Origin: an uncultured Desulfatitalea sp.
GTDB taxonomy: Bacteria; Desulfobacterota; Desulfobacteria; Desulfobacterales; Desulfosarcinaceae
DNA length: 64,000 nucleotides
Assembly (NCBI GenBank): GCA_963668675.2
Contig: CAXXMB010000001.1
Coordinates: forward strand, 288,001 to 352,000
Direction of reading: 5' to 3'
The position numbers and the translations under genes are program-made. A model generated the notes under the pieces. It worked only from the letters and a program-made list of their open reading frames with translations, ran no database searches and was not told the DNA's origin. Positions within the stretch are counted from its first letter, which is position 1, and each line of letters starts with the position of its first letter. Below are positions 51,857 to 60,442 of the stretch, piece after piece.

Positions 51857-52897
51857 ATGTTCCAAGAGGTTGAAGTGACCATTTTCCTGAATTCAAAAAA
51901 GAAGGCCAGTTGCAGGTGTCTGCTTCGCTATATGGCCGTTCAATTCAATGCTTGGCTGGCCATGGGATATCGCCTGAAGGCATGGTGCGCAAGGGATGAG
52001 TATCGCCGCCTGAAAGCCGCAGGAAAAATGAAGAACTGGTCTGCTTTGAAACATCTCGCCTTGGAAGCGAATCAGCAGAGCATACGCCATCAGGCGGCCA
52101 TGCGGATTGAGAGTGAAGCGTTTTTGACAGCCGTCGCTTTAAATGCATGGGACATCGAACAGGGGCAACGTGTCGTTGAACGTATAGAGAACGAACTGCT
52201 GCTGAGACGGATCTCTTCTTCTGCACGGCAAGACGCCGTGAGGCTCTGTGCCGCTGAAAAGCTGGGAAATTCAAAAGTGCTAAAGCAGATTGCTCTTTCA
52301 TCGGCTGACCTTTCGTTGCGTTGGGAGGTGGCCCAGCGATTGAATGATCCGGATTTGATGGCCGATGTTGCGCTGTTCCATCCGTCCAGGACGCATACGG
52401 ATACGGTGCGCAAACTGGCGCATGAAGCCCTATTGCACTATCTGGATGAGCTGTCAGACCAGCGGCATTACAGTGCGTTGCTTGACTTTATTCATGCACA
52501 GGCGCACCTCCCATTTAAACTGGAGGCCTTTTTGCGTCTTCCCCAGGATTACATCTGCAATTCCACTTTGCAGTACCTGGCGCGTTTTGATTTTTTCTTG
52601 ATTCCCGATGAGATCATTCAGAGGGTGTTTGTAAAGATCCGCCAAGCGGGCTGGCATAACGGCATCCAGCCCAAATGCTTCTCTTGCAGGCAGTGCCAGG
52701 GAAAGGGGCACGTCCTGATAAAGACCATCTCTACCGGTCGCAAACCGCTCGAGAGCGATATCACGATCTGTCCGGAATGCTGCGGCAAAGGGTGGATCGA
52801 CTATTGGGAGGCGGTTTGCACCAGAGGTGAGCGCCAAATGGTCGTTTTCAGACTGCCCCATTCGGAGTTGCTGCAATCCGGATACCTGCCTGCATAA
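51857..52897 (+). CDS. Hypothetical protein with HEAT-like helical repeats and a C-terminal CxxCxGxG zinc finger
   Basis: Repeated 'L..IA......VR..A..KL' units; CRQCQGKG and CPECCGKG. Start uncertain. Confidence 0.7.
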   Translation: MFQEVEVTIFLNSKKKASCRCLLRYMAVQFNAWLAMGYRLKAWCARDEYRRLKAAGKMKNWSALKHLALEANQQSIRHQAAMRIESEAFLTAVALNAWDIEQGQRVVERIENELLLRRISSSARQDAVRLCAAEKLGNSKVLKQIALSSADLSLRWEVAQRLNDPDLMADVALFHPSRTHTDTVRKLAHEALLHYLDELSDQRHYSALLDFIHAQAHLPFKLEAFLRLPQDYICNSTLQYLARFDFFLIPDEIIQRVFVKIRQAGWHNGIQPKCFSCRQCQGKGHVLIKTISTGRKPLESDITICPECCGKGWIDYWEAVCTRGERQMVVFRLPHSELLQSGYLPA

Positions 52898-52953
52898 CGC
52901 GTCAACGGGCATATGGATATGAATCCATGATCCCTGCACTCCACCGGTAAACC

Positions 52954-55818
52954 CTATTCAATCTCGATTTCGACAGGCTCCAGGGGCAATTCCATCGGAG
53001 AGTTGTCATGTGCAGACCGGTCGGTGTCGGGCATCGCACCATATAGATAGCGAATTGTGACCGGGCCATCCAAAGACCTCTCCATAATGATGCGAATCTC
53101 AGTGTTGCCCTTTCGTGTGACTCCGGCAATGGGCTGTGTCGATCCGTCTCCTATGACCTGCCAGCCGCTTATCGCCCTTTGGGGCGTAAAATCGGAGCCC
53201 CCCCTGTGTGAGATGCGAACATCGATGGTGGTGTCGTCAACGAGGATCGCTCCGAAAACGGATGGGCCGCGATAGTAGCTCTCCTCGCCAAGTAGGTAGA
53301 GCACCGTTTGGGCCACCCGCAACCCCAGTGTCGTGTAAGCGGAGGGAGATAGATGTTGCCGCCCCATATTCTCCAGATCGATGCTTGTTGCCGACAGATA
53401 GCACTCCTGCAACGCTTCGGTCACCTTGTATTGCGCCATACGGATCGCCTGGTGGGGGGCATCTTTGCCCACCGGACGCTTAACCATGCCGACAACCAAA
53501 AAGGGGAGCTGCTGTCGGCTGGAACCATTGACAATGTCTTGTCGAACTTGCTGTTCAATAAAGCGCTTCAAGGTGCTTCGATATTGGTTCTCGGAAATCG
53601 TGGCTCTGGCCGCATCTGCTTCACCCTGCATCCACACCACATATTCAAGCGCTCCGCCAGCGTTGGCCACCGCCTTGACGAATCGGTCGTAAATGGCGTC
53701 GTCCGAACGGTCGCTCCAGTACCCGGTTCCCCAGTCGGCCTCTTTGCGCAGTCCTGAGCCGTTGACCGCATAGTCCAGCAGGCCGACCGGGATACCGAGT
53801 TTCCCAATAAGACGGTTGCCGAATGCAACGGCGCCGTTTCCTTTATCACCCATGGCCATCCAGTGGCCATCGCGATGCAAGGAGAGCAGGGTGTGGGGGC
53901 GGAGGTCTGTACCGGTGTGAAACCACTCCTTCATATTGGATTGACCGATACAGGCCACCAGCATTCCGATCCCCCATCTCGATTGGCCCGCATCGTTGAT
54001 TTCGTGTGCATTGGAGAAACGAACCGAGAGACGATACCAGCCGCCCTGTGGTATTTCGGGCAGGATGCCCATGAAGACACCGTCAACGGGTGCACTGTCG
54101 ATGACCGTCCAGGGCGTGATCCACTCTTTGCTTGCGTGGTTGGAAACGCGTGCTTCAATGGCCTGGGGATGGCCCTGAAAGGTACCTGATACAACGATAT
54201 CCGCAGTTGATCCGGTGCGTTGAAACACACGCATCTCCTCCAGATCATGGAGTCGGACCATTGGCAGAGTGGCATCATCTGCGGTGGGGATGGGAGACAG
54301 AGGGGCGGCTGCTTCGATCATACCAGTATTGCCCGGTTGGCTTGGCTGGGGCACTTTATACGTGTCTGTCTCCGGCGACACAACCAGTGAGAGGCCATTG
54401 GCATACTCAAGCAGGTTCGCGCTCGAGATGTAGTAGAGGCCGGTTTGGCGGCCGGGATGGATGTGAAGACGCACCGACGGCTGCACCGGAAGAGCAAAGT
54501 AGAGGCGGTTTTCTCCTTTGTGTATGGGTTTCTCGCCAGCAATCGCCGAAGGGCCGTCAATTCGCCACAGGAGGGTGTCGCTATTCGGAGCGCTAATGTC
54601 CAAGGCGAGGAGCCGTAACGTATGTGGCTCCGAGCCGGGCAAAGAGGGAAGCACAAACGATGCCCCCTCGCCAAGGGATTTGATCTTCAGTTTTTTCTCC
54701 TCCATCTTCAAGGAGAGGTGGGATTGACCTGATACGGTTTTCAGGGGTATCGAATTTTCCTGGTCGGCAAGTGGCTCTATTCCAAGCATTTGACAGATTC
54801 GATCGAGGTCGAGCCGCAGCCTCGCCAACTGAGGGACATCCAGGACGATCATGGCCACATCATAGGTCGATAGATTTTCCATGTGGTTTGATGACGGAAT
54901 AGTATCGCTATAAATGGCATCCGTTCGGTTGAAAGGTCGCGATAGCATCGGCATCAACTCGGCCATCGCCATCCCGCCATAGAGGACCGCCGAAGAGAAG
55001 TGTCGGCCGGTTGGTGCAGTAGGTTCAAGGGGGGCGGTGGAGGTCTCCATCACCAGTGCTGCCAGGTCATGGTGGTTGACCGGAGTCGGCTCCTCGCTTT
55101 TGAAAACGGCAGCCAGCAGGGCTTTGGCGGCAATATCGGCCCCGCGTTGATTCCAGACCGCGCCGGTTTTATCATACAGCAGGTTATCCGGTTGTTTCGC
55201 TTTGATGAGAAGATCATCCAGGCGAACAAACCAATCGACCTTGGCCAGTTTGCACTCGTCGAGAAAAAGATCATAGATGGTTTCGCGGCAATCAGGGGAT
55301 CGGGGGAACACGACGCCTGTATACTCGGGGTAGATCGTCGTTTTATCGGGAGCTACGGTGACGATCAGGCGGCGTCCCGAAAGTTTCGCCAGATGGGCGA
55401 GCGCTGTCAGATCGAATATCATCCGACGCAATCGCTTTTTCTCACCGCATGCACCGAGACGGCTCTGTTCGACGGAAGTTCGTGGATACATCCAGCCTTC
55501 CCGGCCCACAAAGACCTCCCGGACATCGGTCATATTAAAAACCCGGTAGTCCATCCATCGTTTGGCTTTGACCAGGACTTTGCTCATCCCCAGGCGCCCG
55601 TCGACATAGTTTCCCCATGCCTGATAGTATTCCGGCGCCAGCAACGCCCTCCATTCGATGGACGGCGCTTTTGTGTGCGGCTTGACTGGGCCGGCAGACG
55701 AAGCGATGCCGAACAGGCTCAGTACGGTCGGCAAGATAAGCATCAGTATAAAAAGAAGGGAGAAGAGGTGCCATGTTCCGAATCTTTTGGAGTTCTTTGT
55801 GGATTTTTCTTTTTTCAT
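52954..55818 (-). CDS. AlgJ/AlgX-like SGNH domain fused to a C-terminal SASA (sialate O-acetylesterase-like) domain
   Basis: N-terminal TM helix, VFVGREGWMY, VAPDKTTIYPEY (AlgJ/X-like). C-terminal VFQR, GQSNM, WMQGEAD, QHLS. Confidence 0.85.
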   Translation of the reverse strand: MKKEKSTKNSKRFGTWHLFSLLFILMLILPTVLSLFGIASSAGPVKPHTKAPSIEWRALLAPEYYQAWGNYVDGRLGMSKVLVKAKRWMDYRVFNMTDVREVFVGREGWMYPRTSVEQSRLGACGEKKRLRRMIFDLTALAHLAKLSGRRLIVTVAPDKTTIYPEYTGVVFPRSPDCRETIYDLFLDECKLAKVDWFVRLDDLLIKAKQPDNLLYDKTGAVWNQRGADIAAKALLAAVFKSEEPTPVNHHDLAALVMETSTAPLEPTAPTGRHFSSAVLYGGMAMAELMPMLSRPFNRTDAIYSDTIPSSNHMENLSTYDVAMIVLDVPQLARLRLDLDRICQMLGIEPLADQENSIPLKTVSGQSHLSLKMEEKKLKIKSLGEGASFVLPSLPGSEPHTLRLLALDISAPNSDTLLWRIDGPSAIAGEKPIHKGENRLYFALPVQPSVRLHIHPGRQTGLYYISSANLLEYANGLSLVVSPETDTYKVPQPSQPGNTGMIEAAAPLSPIPTADDATLPMVRLHDLEEMRVFQRTGSTADIVVSGTFQGHPQAIEARVSNHASKEWITPWTVIDSAPVDGVFMGILPEIPQGGWYRLSVRFSNAHEINDAGQSRWGIGMLVACIGQSNMKEWFHTGTDLRPHTLLSLHRDGHWMAMGDKGNGAVAFGNRLIGKLGIPVGLLDYAVNGSGLRKEADWGTGYWSDRSDDAIYDRFVKAVANAGGALEYVVWMQGEADAARATISENQYRSTLKRFIEQQVRQDIVNGSSRQQLPFLVVGMVKRPVGKDAPHQAIRMAQYKVTEALQECYLSATSIDLENMGRQHLSPSAYTTLGLRVAQTVLYLLGEESYYRGPSVFGAILVDDTTIDVRISHRGGSDFTPQRAISGWQVIGDGSTQPIAGVTRKGNTEIRIIMERSLDGPVTIRYLYGAMPDTDRSAHDNSPMELPLEPVEIEIE

Positions 55819-55848
55819 AGTTTCGATAAGGCGTTGCCGGAGATCGCG

Positions 55849-57279
55849 TTAAAAGCGAAAATAGATAAAGGGATTGGCGGCGCCGGCCAAAATAGTCCCT
55901 GCGCAATAGGGCAGTATCAGCAACAGCATCACTGCGCTTACGACACTGCGAAGGGGGCCTTCGGTGTGAAGAACACGTTCAATTTTTGGCAACCGCGGAG
56001 CGCCGATAACCGCTATTGCTGCGATAAGCATAAAGACGATGTTGCGCTGATTCATGACTTGAAAAAGTTCAAACGGTAGCGGCCGGTCGGAGGGCACTAC
56101 CATCGCCTGCGCAAACATGGCAGCAGTGCCGATCGAGTCCGCCCGGAAAAGGACCCAGCCGAAAACCACCAAAAGAAAGGTGGCCAGGCGTCGTCCAATG
56201 GTCCAGCGCGTCGGATGCCAGTTCCGTATCCCTGTCGCCCGCTCTAAGCCGAGGAACAGACCGTGATACAACCCCCATGCAATAAAGGTCCAATTGGCGC
56301 CGTGCCACAGTCCGCAAAGCGTAAAGGTCAGCAGCAGGTTGAAGGCGGTGCGCGCCGATCCCTTTCGGTTACCGCCTAAAGGAATGTATAGATAGTCTCT
56401 GAACCAGGTGCTCAAGGAGATGTGCCATCTGCGCCAGAAGTCCGTCATGCTGACGGCGGCATATGGCCGGTTGAAATTTTCGCGCAACTCAAATCCGAAC
56501 AGCCTGGCCAATCCAATCGCCATATCCGAGTAGGCTGAAAAATCGAAGTAGATCTGCATCGTGTAGGCGATGGCCCCCAACCAGGCGGTCTTGGTGTCCA
56601 GCATGGCAAGGTCCAGACCAAAAACAGCATCCGCCACCTGACCGCAGGCATCGGCAATGAAGACCTTTTTTGAGAGCCCCCAGCAAAACCGCATGGCCCC
56701 CAGATAGAATTGCTCCCACGATTCCAGGCGCTTTCCGAGTTGCGCGCAAATATCCTTGAACCGAACGATGGGGCCGGCAACCAGTTGAGGAAACATGGCC
56801 ACGTAAAGAGCAAAATCCACGAATCGCGTCAAAGCGCTGACCTGACGTCGGTGGATGTCGATGATGTAGCTCAGCTTCTGAAAGGTGAAGAAGGATATGC
56901 CGATGGGCAGGCTGACGGCAACCCAATCCCCGGTGGGAGGGAATCCCAGCGTCGCCAAGCATTGAGATACTTCGGCGACCATGAAGTTGGCGTATTTGAA
57001 GTAGGCGAGCACACCTAAATTGACCAGCACGGAGATGCCCACCCACCACTTGGCATGGCGCCTCTGTTTTTCGATAAGAAGTCCGAGAAGATAATCCGCG
57101 GCCGTGGAGGCTAACAGGATCAGGACGAACTCTGCGGCCCCGTAAGCGTAGAACAGGTAGCTGAAGACCAGTAGAACACCATTACGGAGCCTGTTGCCAA
57201 GCAAGGCCCTCTGAGTGTAATAGCAGACAATGGCGGCAGGAAGAAAAACTAAAAGAAAAACCGTACTGGCGAATAGCAT
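55849..57279 (-). CDS. algI: MBOAT O-acyltransferase, AlgI/PatA/DltB-like
   Basis: LAYFKY, LPIGISFFTFQ, FPQLVAGPI, QIYFDFSAYSDMAIG, FWRRWHISLSTWFRDYLYIPLGG, GLWHGA, PFIYFRF. Confidence 0.93.
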   Translation of the reverse strand: MLFASTVFLLVFLPAAIVCYYTQRALLGNRLRNGVLLVFSYLFYAYGAAEFVLILLASTAADYLLGLLIEKQRRHAKWWVGISVLVNLGVLAYFKYANFMVAEVSQCLATLGFPPTGDWVAVSLPIGISFFTFQKLSYIIDIHRRQVSALTRFVDFALYVAMFPQLVAGPIVRFKDICAQLGKRLESWEQFYLGAMRFCWGLSKKVFIADACGQVADAVFGLDLAMLDTKTAWLGAIAYTMQIYFDFSAYSDMAIGLARLFGFELRENFNRPYAAVSMTDFWRRWHISLSTWFRDYLYIPLGGNRKGSARTAFNLLLTFTLCGLWHGANWTFIAWGLYHGLFLGLERATGIRNWHPTRWTIGRRLATFLLVVFGWVLFRADSIGTAAMFAQAMVVPSDRPLPFELFQVMNQRNIVFMLIAAIAVIGAPRLPKIERVLHTEGPLRSVVSAVMLLLILPYCAGTILAGAANPFIYFRF

Positions 57280-57614
57280 GGCAGCACGAATATCCGCGTC
57301 GTGTTTATATTTCCGGGTGTTTGTGGTATGTCTGCAGGGTTGTTGTCGTGGGGCGGCGTGTTTTTTGCATTGACAGCCCCGTTGATGCGTTGAATCTCGG
57401 CAGACCGGACACATATATGCTTCCGTGGGGGCATTGTCAAGTTTGCCGGAGGGCGCCGATCTGAGCAATCGGTGTGATCCCAGCGGGCGGCCGTGATACC
57501 AAACAGGTAACGGGGGAGCAGTCGACCACCTTTGCCGGGAGCGTAATGACGTAATGAATACAGATGTAATGCTCGTTGCAGCACCACTTGCCCGATAGGG
57601 AAGGAGCAGGAGCG

Positions 57615-58325
57615 ATGCCGGAAACCTTTATGATCACTTATGAGTTCACCCTGCCTGACGGGGGCAAGGAGATATTCGATCTCACGTTTGATACCCTGAC
57701 GACTGAATTGATCACCGATGTACATAAAAAGGAACTTTTCTGGACCCGTTTAGACTTTGAGCGGTGCCCTCACTGTCCTTTGCAACCCGATCGCAGCCCA
57801 CATTGCCCTGTTGCACTGAATCTGGTTCCGGCCATCGATAAATTTGACCGCCTCATGTCATTCGACCGCGTTTCCGTCAAGGTGCTCAGTTCTGAGCGCC
57901 AGGTTGAACTGCAGACGACAGCCCAGGAGGGATTGAGCTCTTTGATGGGGCTTCTTATTGCCGGCAGCAGCTGCCCGTATACCCATTTTTTCAAACCCAT
58001 GGCGAGGTTTCATCTCCCCTTTGCCAGCAAAGACGAAACCATATGGCGGGCGGCCGCCACATTCCTGTTGGGGCGCTACTTTACAGCCGATGGCGTTTGT
58101 GAAGCAGATCTGAAACTCGATGGGTTGGTCAAGATATATGACGATGTGGCACGTTTGAACGATGCCATGGTTCAGCGTCTGAGGACGGCTACTTCAAAAG
58201 ATTCGGCGGTAAATGCACTGGTTCATCTGGATGTATTTGCAAAATTTCTCATGCCACCCCTCGAGGACTCTCTGGCGCAGATCAGATCGATCTTCGGTCC
58301 TTTTCTGAATTCGATCCGAAAATGA
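57615..58325 (+). CDS. Cys-rich conserved hypothetical protein (DUF6901-like)
   Basis: AGGAG SD; WTRL..CPHCPL..CP, TTAQEGLSSL.GL..SSCP, PMARFHLPFAS. Confidence 0.7.
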   Translation: MPETFMITYEFTLPDGGKEIFDLTFDTLTTELITDVHKKELFWTRLDFERCPHCPLQPDRSPHCPVALNLVPAIDKFDRLMSFDRVSVKVLSSERQVELQTTAQEGLSSLMGLLIAGSSCPYTHFFKPMARFHLPFASKDETIWRAAATFLLGRYFTADGVCEADLKLDGLVKIYDDVARLNDAMVQRLRTATSKDSAVNALVHLDVFAKFLMPPLEDSLAQIRSIFGPFLNSIRK

Positions 58326-58343
58326 CGGTTGCTCCGGTGCGCA

Positions 58344-58616
58344 TTAGAAAAATTCGACGGCAAATCCGACATTGTTCTGCCACTCGATACGGGCTTTACG
58401 TTTTACGTTTTTGTCGCCGCCTGTGAAGGGAATACTGACGATGATCACGTCGCCGGGCGAGAATTGATTGACACTGGACGTGGTGATGAAAGCCCCGCCG
58501 AGGCTGATGTTTTCAATGGTTCCGCTGTAAGCGCGTCCCTTGAAGGCAAACAGCACATCGGCAAGGTATGCTTTTCTCTCGTGTTTGCGCCTGAAATCAA
58601 AACCGTTATCGCTCAT
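58344..58616 (-). CDS. Single-domain PilZ (c-di-GMP receptor)
   Basis: RRKHER (RxxxR) and NISLGG (D/NxSxxG), GFAVEF. Confidence 0.88.
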   Translation of the reverse strand: MSDNGFDFRRKHERKAYLADVLFAFKGRAYSGTIENISLGGAFITTSSVNQFSPGDVIIVSIPFTGGDKNVKRKARIEWQNNVGFAVEFF

Positions 58617-58650
58617 ATCCAATTTACCTCTCGTTCTCGCTGAAGAAACC

Positions 58651-58698
58651 TTGTTGACATAGAAAATATTTAAATATAAAGCCTTACGCTGTCAACAA
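58651..58698. promoter_or_regulatory. Overlapping divergent promoters for pilZ and radC
   Basis: TTGTTGACA...TGTCAACAA gives a TTGACA -35 on each strand, flanking a shared AT-rich -10 region. Confidence 0.45.
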
Positions 58699-58852
58699 TC
58701 AGCGTGGGCTATCTTACGGCCCAACTCTGCAGCGCCGATCCTGGCGCCTTCTTGAACAGGCACCTACTGCCTCTATCGTCTCTTGTTGTATATCAATTTC
58801 AATCGATTGTATCTCCGGTTCCCGCTGCGATACCGGTGATCGGTGGTGATTT

Positions 58853-59512
58853 ATGAAATCCATGAAACACATCCCCTTGCATGAACGCCCGAGGGAGAAG
58901 CTGGCCCAAAAGGGCGCTCAGTCCCTTTCCGACGTTGAGCTTTTGGCCGTTTTGCTGGGGAGCGGCACCCGTAGAACAGGTGTCATGTCCCTGGCCACCC
59001 GATTGCTCCAGCAACTCGATCGTTTGGGCCATGCGCCAACCGTGGAACAGCTCACTGTGGTCGACGGTGTTGGCAGCGCCAAGGCCTCCCTCCTCGTGGC
59101 CGGATTGGAGTTTGCCCGCAGGCGTATCCGACCGCATGGGTTCAAGATCGGTTTTCCACCCGATGCCTATCCCTTAATTCGGCACATGGCCGATCGGACT
59201 CAAGAGCATTTTTTATGCATTTCGCTCAATGGGGCCAATGAGGTGATTGCAGTGCGAACCGTTTCGGTTGGATTGGTCAACCGCGCCCTGGTCCATCCAC
59301 GAGAAGTGTTTGCAGATCCCATCACAGATCGGGCCTCGGCCGTGATCGTGGCCCACAACCATCCTTCCGGGAATCTGACCCCCAGCCAGGATGATCTGTC
59401 CGTCACGGCGCAACTCAAAGCCGCCGGCAACACCCTCGGGCTCAAACTGCTCGACCACATTATTTTCAACCATGAAAGCTATTACAGCCTGATGGAGAAT
59501 GGCCAGTTATAA
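58853..59512 (+). CDS. radC: RadC/JAB domain protein (full length)
   Basis: RPREKL, LSDVELLA, VHPREVF, AHNHPSG, S..D, LLDHII. Confidence 0.95.
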   Translation: MKSMKHIPLHERPREKLAQKGAQSLSDVELLAVLLGSGTRRTGVMSLATRLLQQLDRLGHAPTVEQLTVVDGVGSAKASLLVAGLEFARRRIRPHGFKIGFPPDAYPLIRHMADRTQEHFLCISLNGANEVIAVRTVSVGLVNRALVHPREVFADPITDRASAVIVAHNHPSGNLTPSQDDLSVTAQLKAAGNTLGLKLLDHIIFNHESYYSLMENGQL

Positions 59513-59547
59513 TTCAACTTTCGGGTTTCGCAACATCGACATATGGA

Positions 59548-59635
59548 GGTGAGTCCAGCGGGTGGTCTGCACCTCATCAGCTTAGCGACACTTTAATGCA
59601 TTTGCGTGAGGTGCAAACCACCCACTGGACTCGCC
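59548..59635. repeat. Long inverted repeat (29-bp stem, 30-nt loop)
   Basis: GGTGAGTCCAGCGGGTGGTCTGCACCTCA / TGAGGTGCAAACCACCCACTGGACTCGCC. Confidence 0.85.
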
Positions 59636-59703
59636 GGATCATGAACACTGATAGTTGAGTAATAAGAAGGCAAGGGGATTTGCGCAGACGTTTCGGCAGG
59701 TAT

Positions 59704-60351
59704 CTACACGAATGCCATCGCAACCCGGTTGACCAGTGCCCATATGGCGTCCGCTGCGAGAATCGTCTCGATAGGTCGGTCAAAAAGCACCTGTATGCGC
59801 GGCTTGAACTCGCTGTCACCGGTCCAGAGGAGGAAATAGAGGGCCAGGCGTGGAAAGGGGAGCAGTCTGAATGCGGCGTCGGCCATATCCATCGGATGGC
59901 CATCCAATTTTTTGCATGCGCTGATAAACCCCTGGCGGTCCTCGCCGAAACGTTGGATGAGCGGTGCCAGTCGAAATTCGTGCGGGCCTGAAAAGAAGTG
60001 CCCCTCCTTGAGCTCTTTTGCCCCGACGATATCCTGCCCCATAGGGAAAATCTGTTGCACGTTCTTCAAATAGAGGACAGTGACCATGGTCAGCAGCGGG
60101 TCATCTTCTGTTTCCCATTCATTTCCACCACTCCGCCTCCTGAGGCATCGCTGCGCCAGATCGATCTCCATGTCCATATTGAGAAAACGAAAGCGAAAAC
60201 GCCCATCATCAGCAGGTTCGAAGAAAGAGAGGTTGCAGATATCGGTGGTGTCCCGACTCGCTGCGCCCTGCCAATACGCTTTGGCCAGGACCAGATGGGA
60301 TCCGTCATCCGCATAGGCACTGGGGGATTGACTCTGACGACGTTTCTGCAT
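59704..60351 (-). CDS. DUF3786 family protein
   Basis: LYL, ELKEGHFF.GP, ADAA..L.PFPRL....LW.GD.EF....VLFD, LAADAIW. Confidence 0.75.
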   Translation of the reverse strand: MQKRRQSQSPSAYADDGSHLVLAKAYWQGAASRDTTDICNLSFFEPADDGRFRFRFLNMDMEIDLAQRCLRRRSGGNEWETEDDPLLTMVTVLYLKNVQQIFPMGQDIVGAKELKEGHFFSGPHEFRLAPLIQRFGEDRQGFISACKKLDGHPMDMADAAFRLLPFPRLALYFLLWTGDSEFKPRIQVLFDRPIETILAADAIWALVNRVAMAFV

Positions 60352-60442
60352 ATCGATATATCCTGCAGTTTATGCCGCAGGCGCCCGTGGGCATCGGTCG
60401 CTCTCTCCGGATGGTGGGTTCATGCCCCAACCTGCGCAACGG

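Noticed and set aside
55000..56079. 359-aa plus-strand ORF
   Set aside because: Antisense to the AlgJ-SASA and MBOAT genes.
58853..59512. radC as a marker of an ICE/prophage or anti-restriction island
   Set aside because: It is the full-length chromosomal type with the N-terminal domain, and has no mobile-element neighbours.
59512..59660. 6S RNA
   Set aside because: Rod-like, but it lacks the symmetric central bubble and the usual zapA/ygfA context, and the inner stem is too perfect; kept only as an unexplained hairpin.
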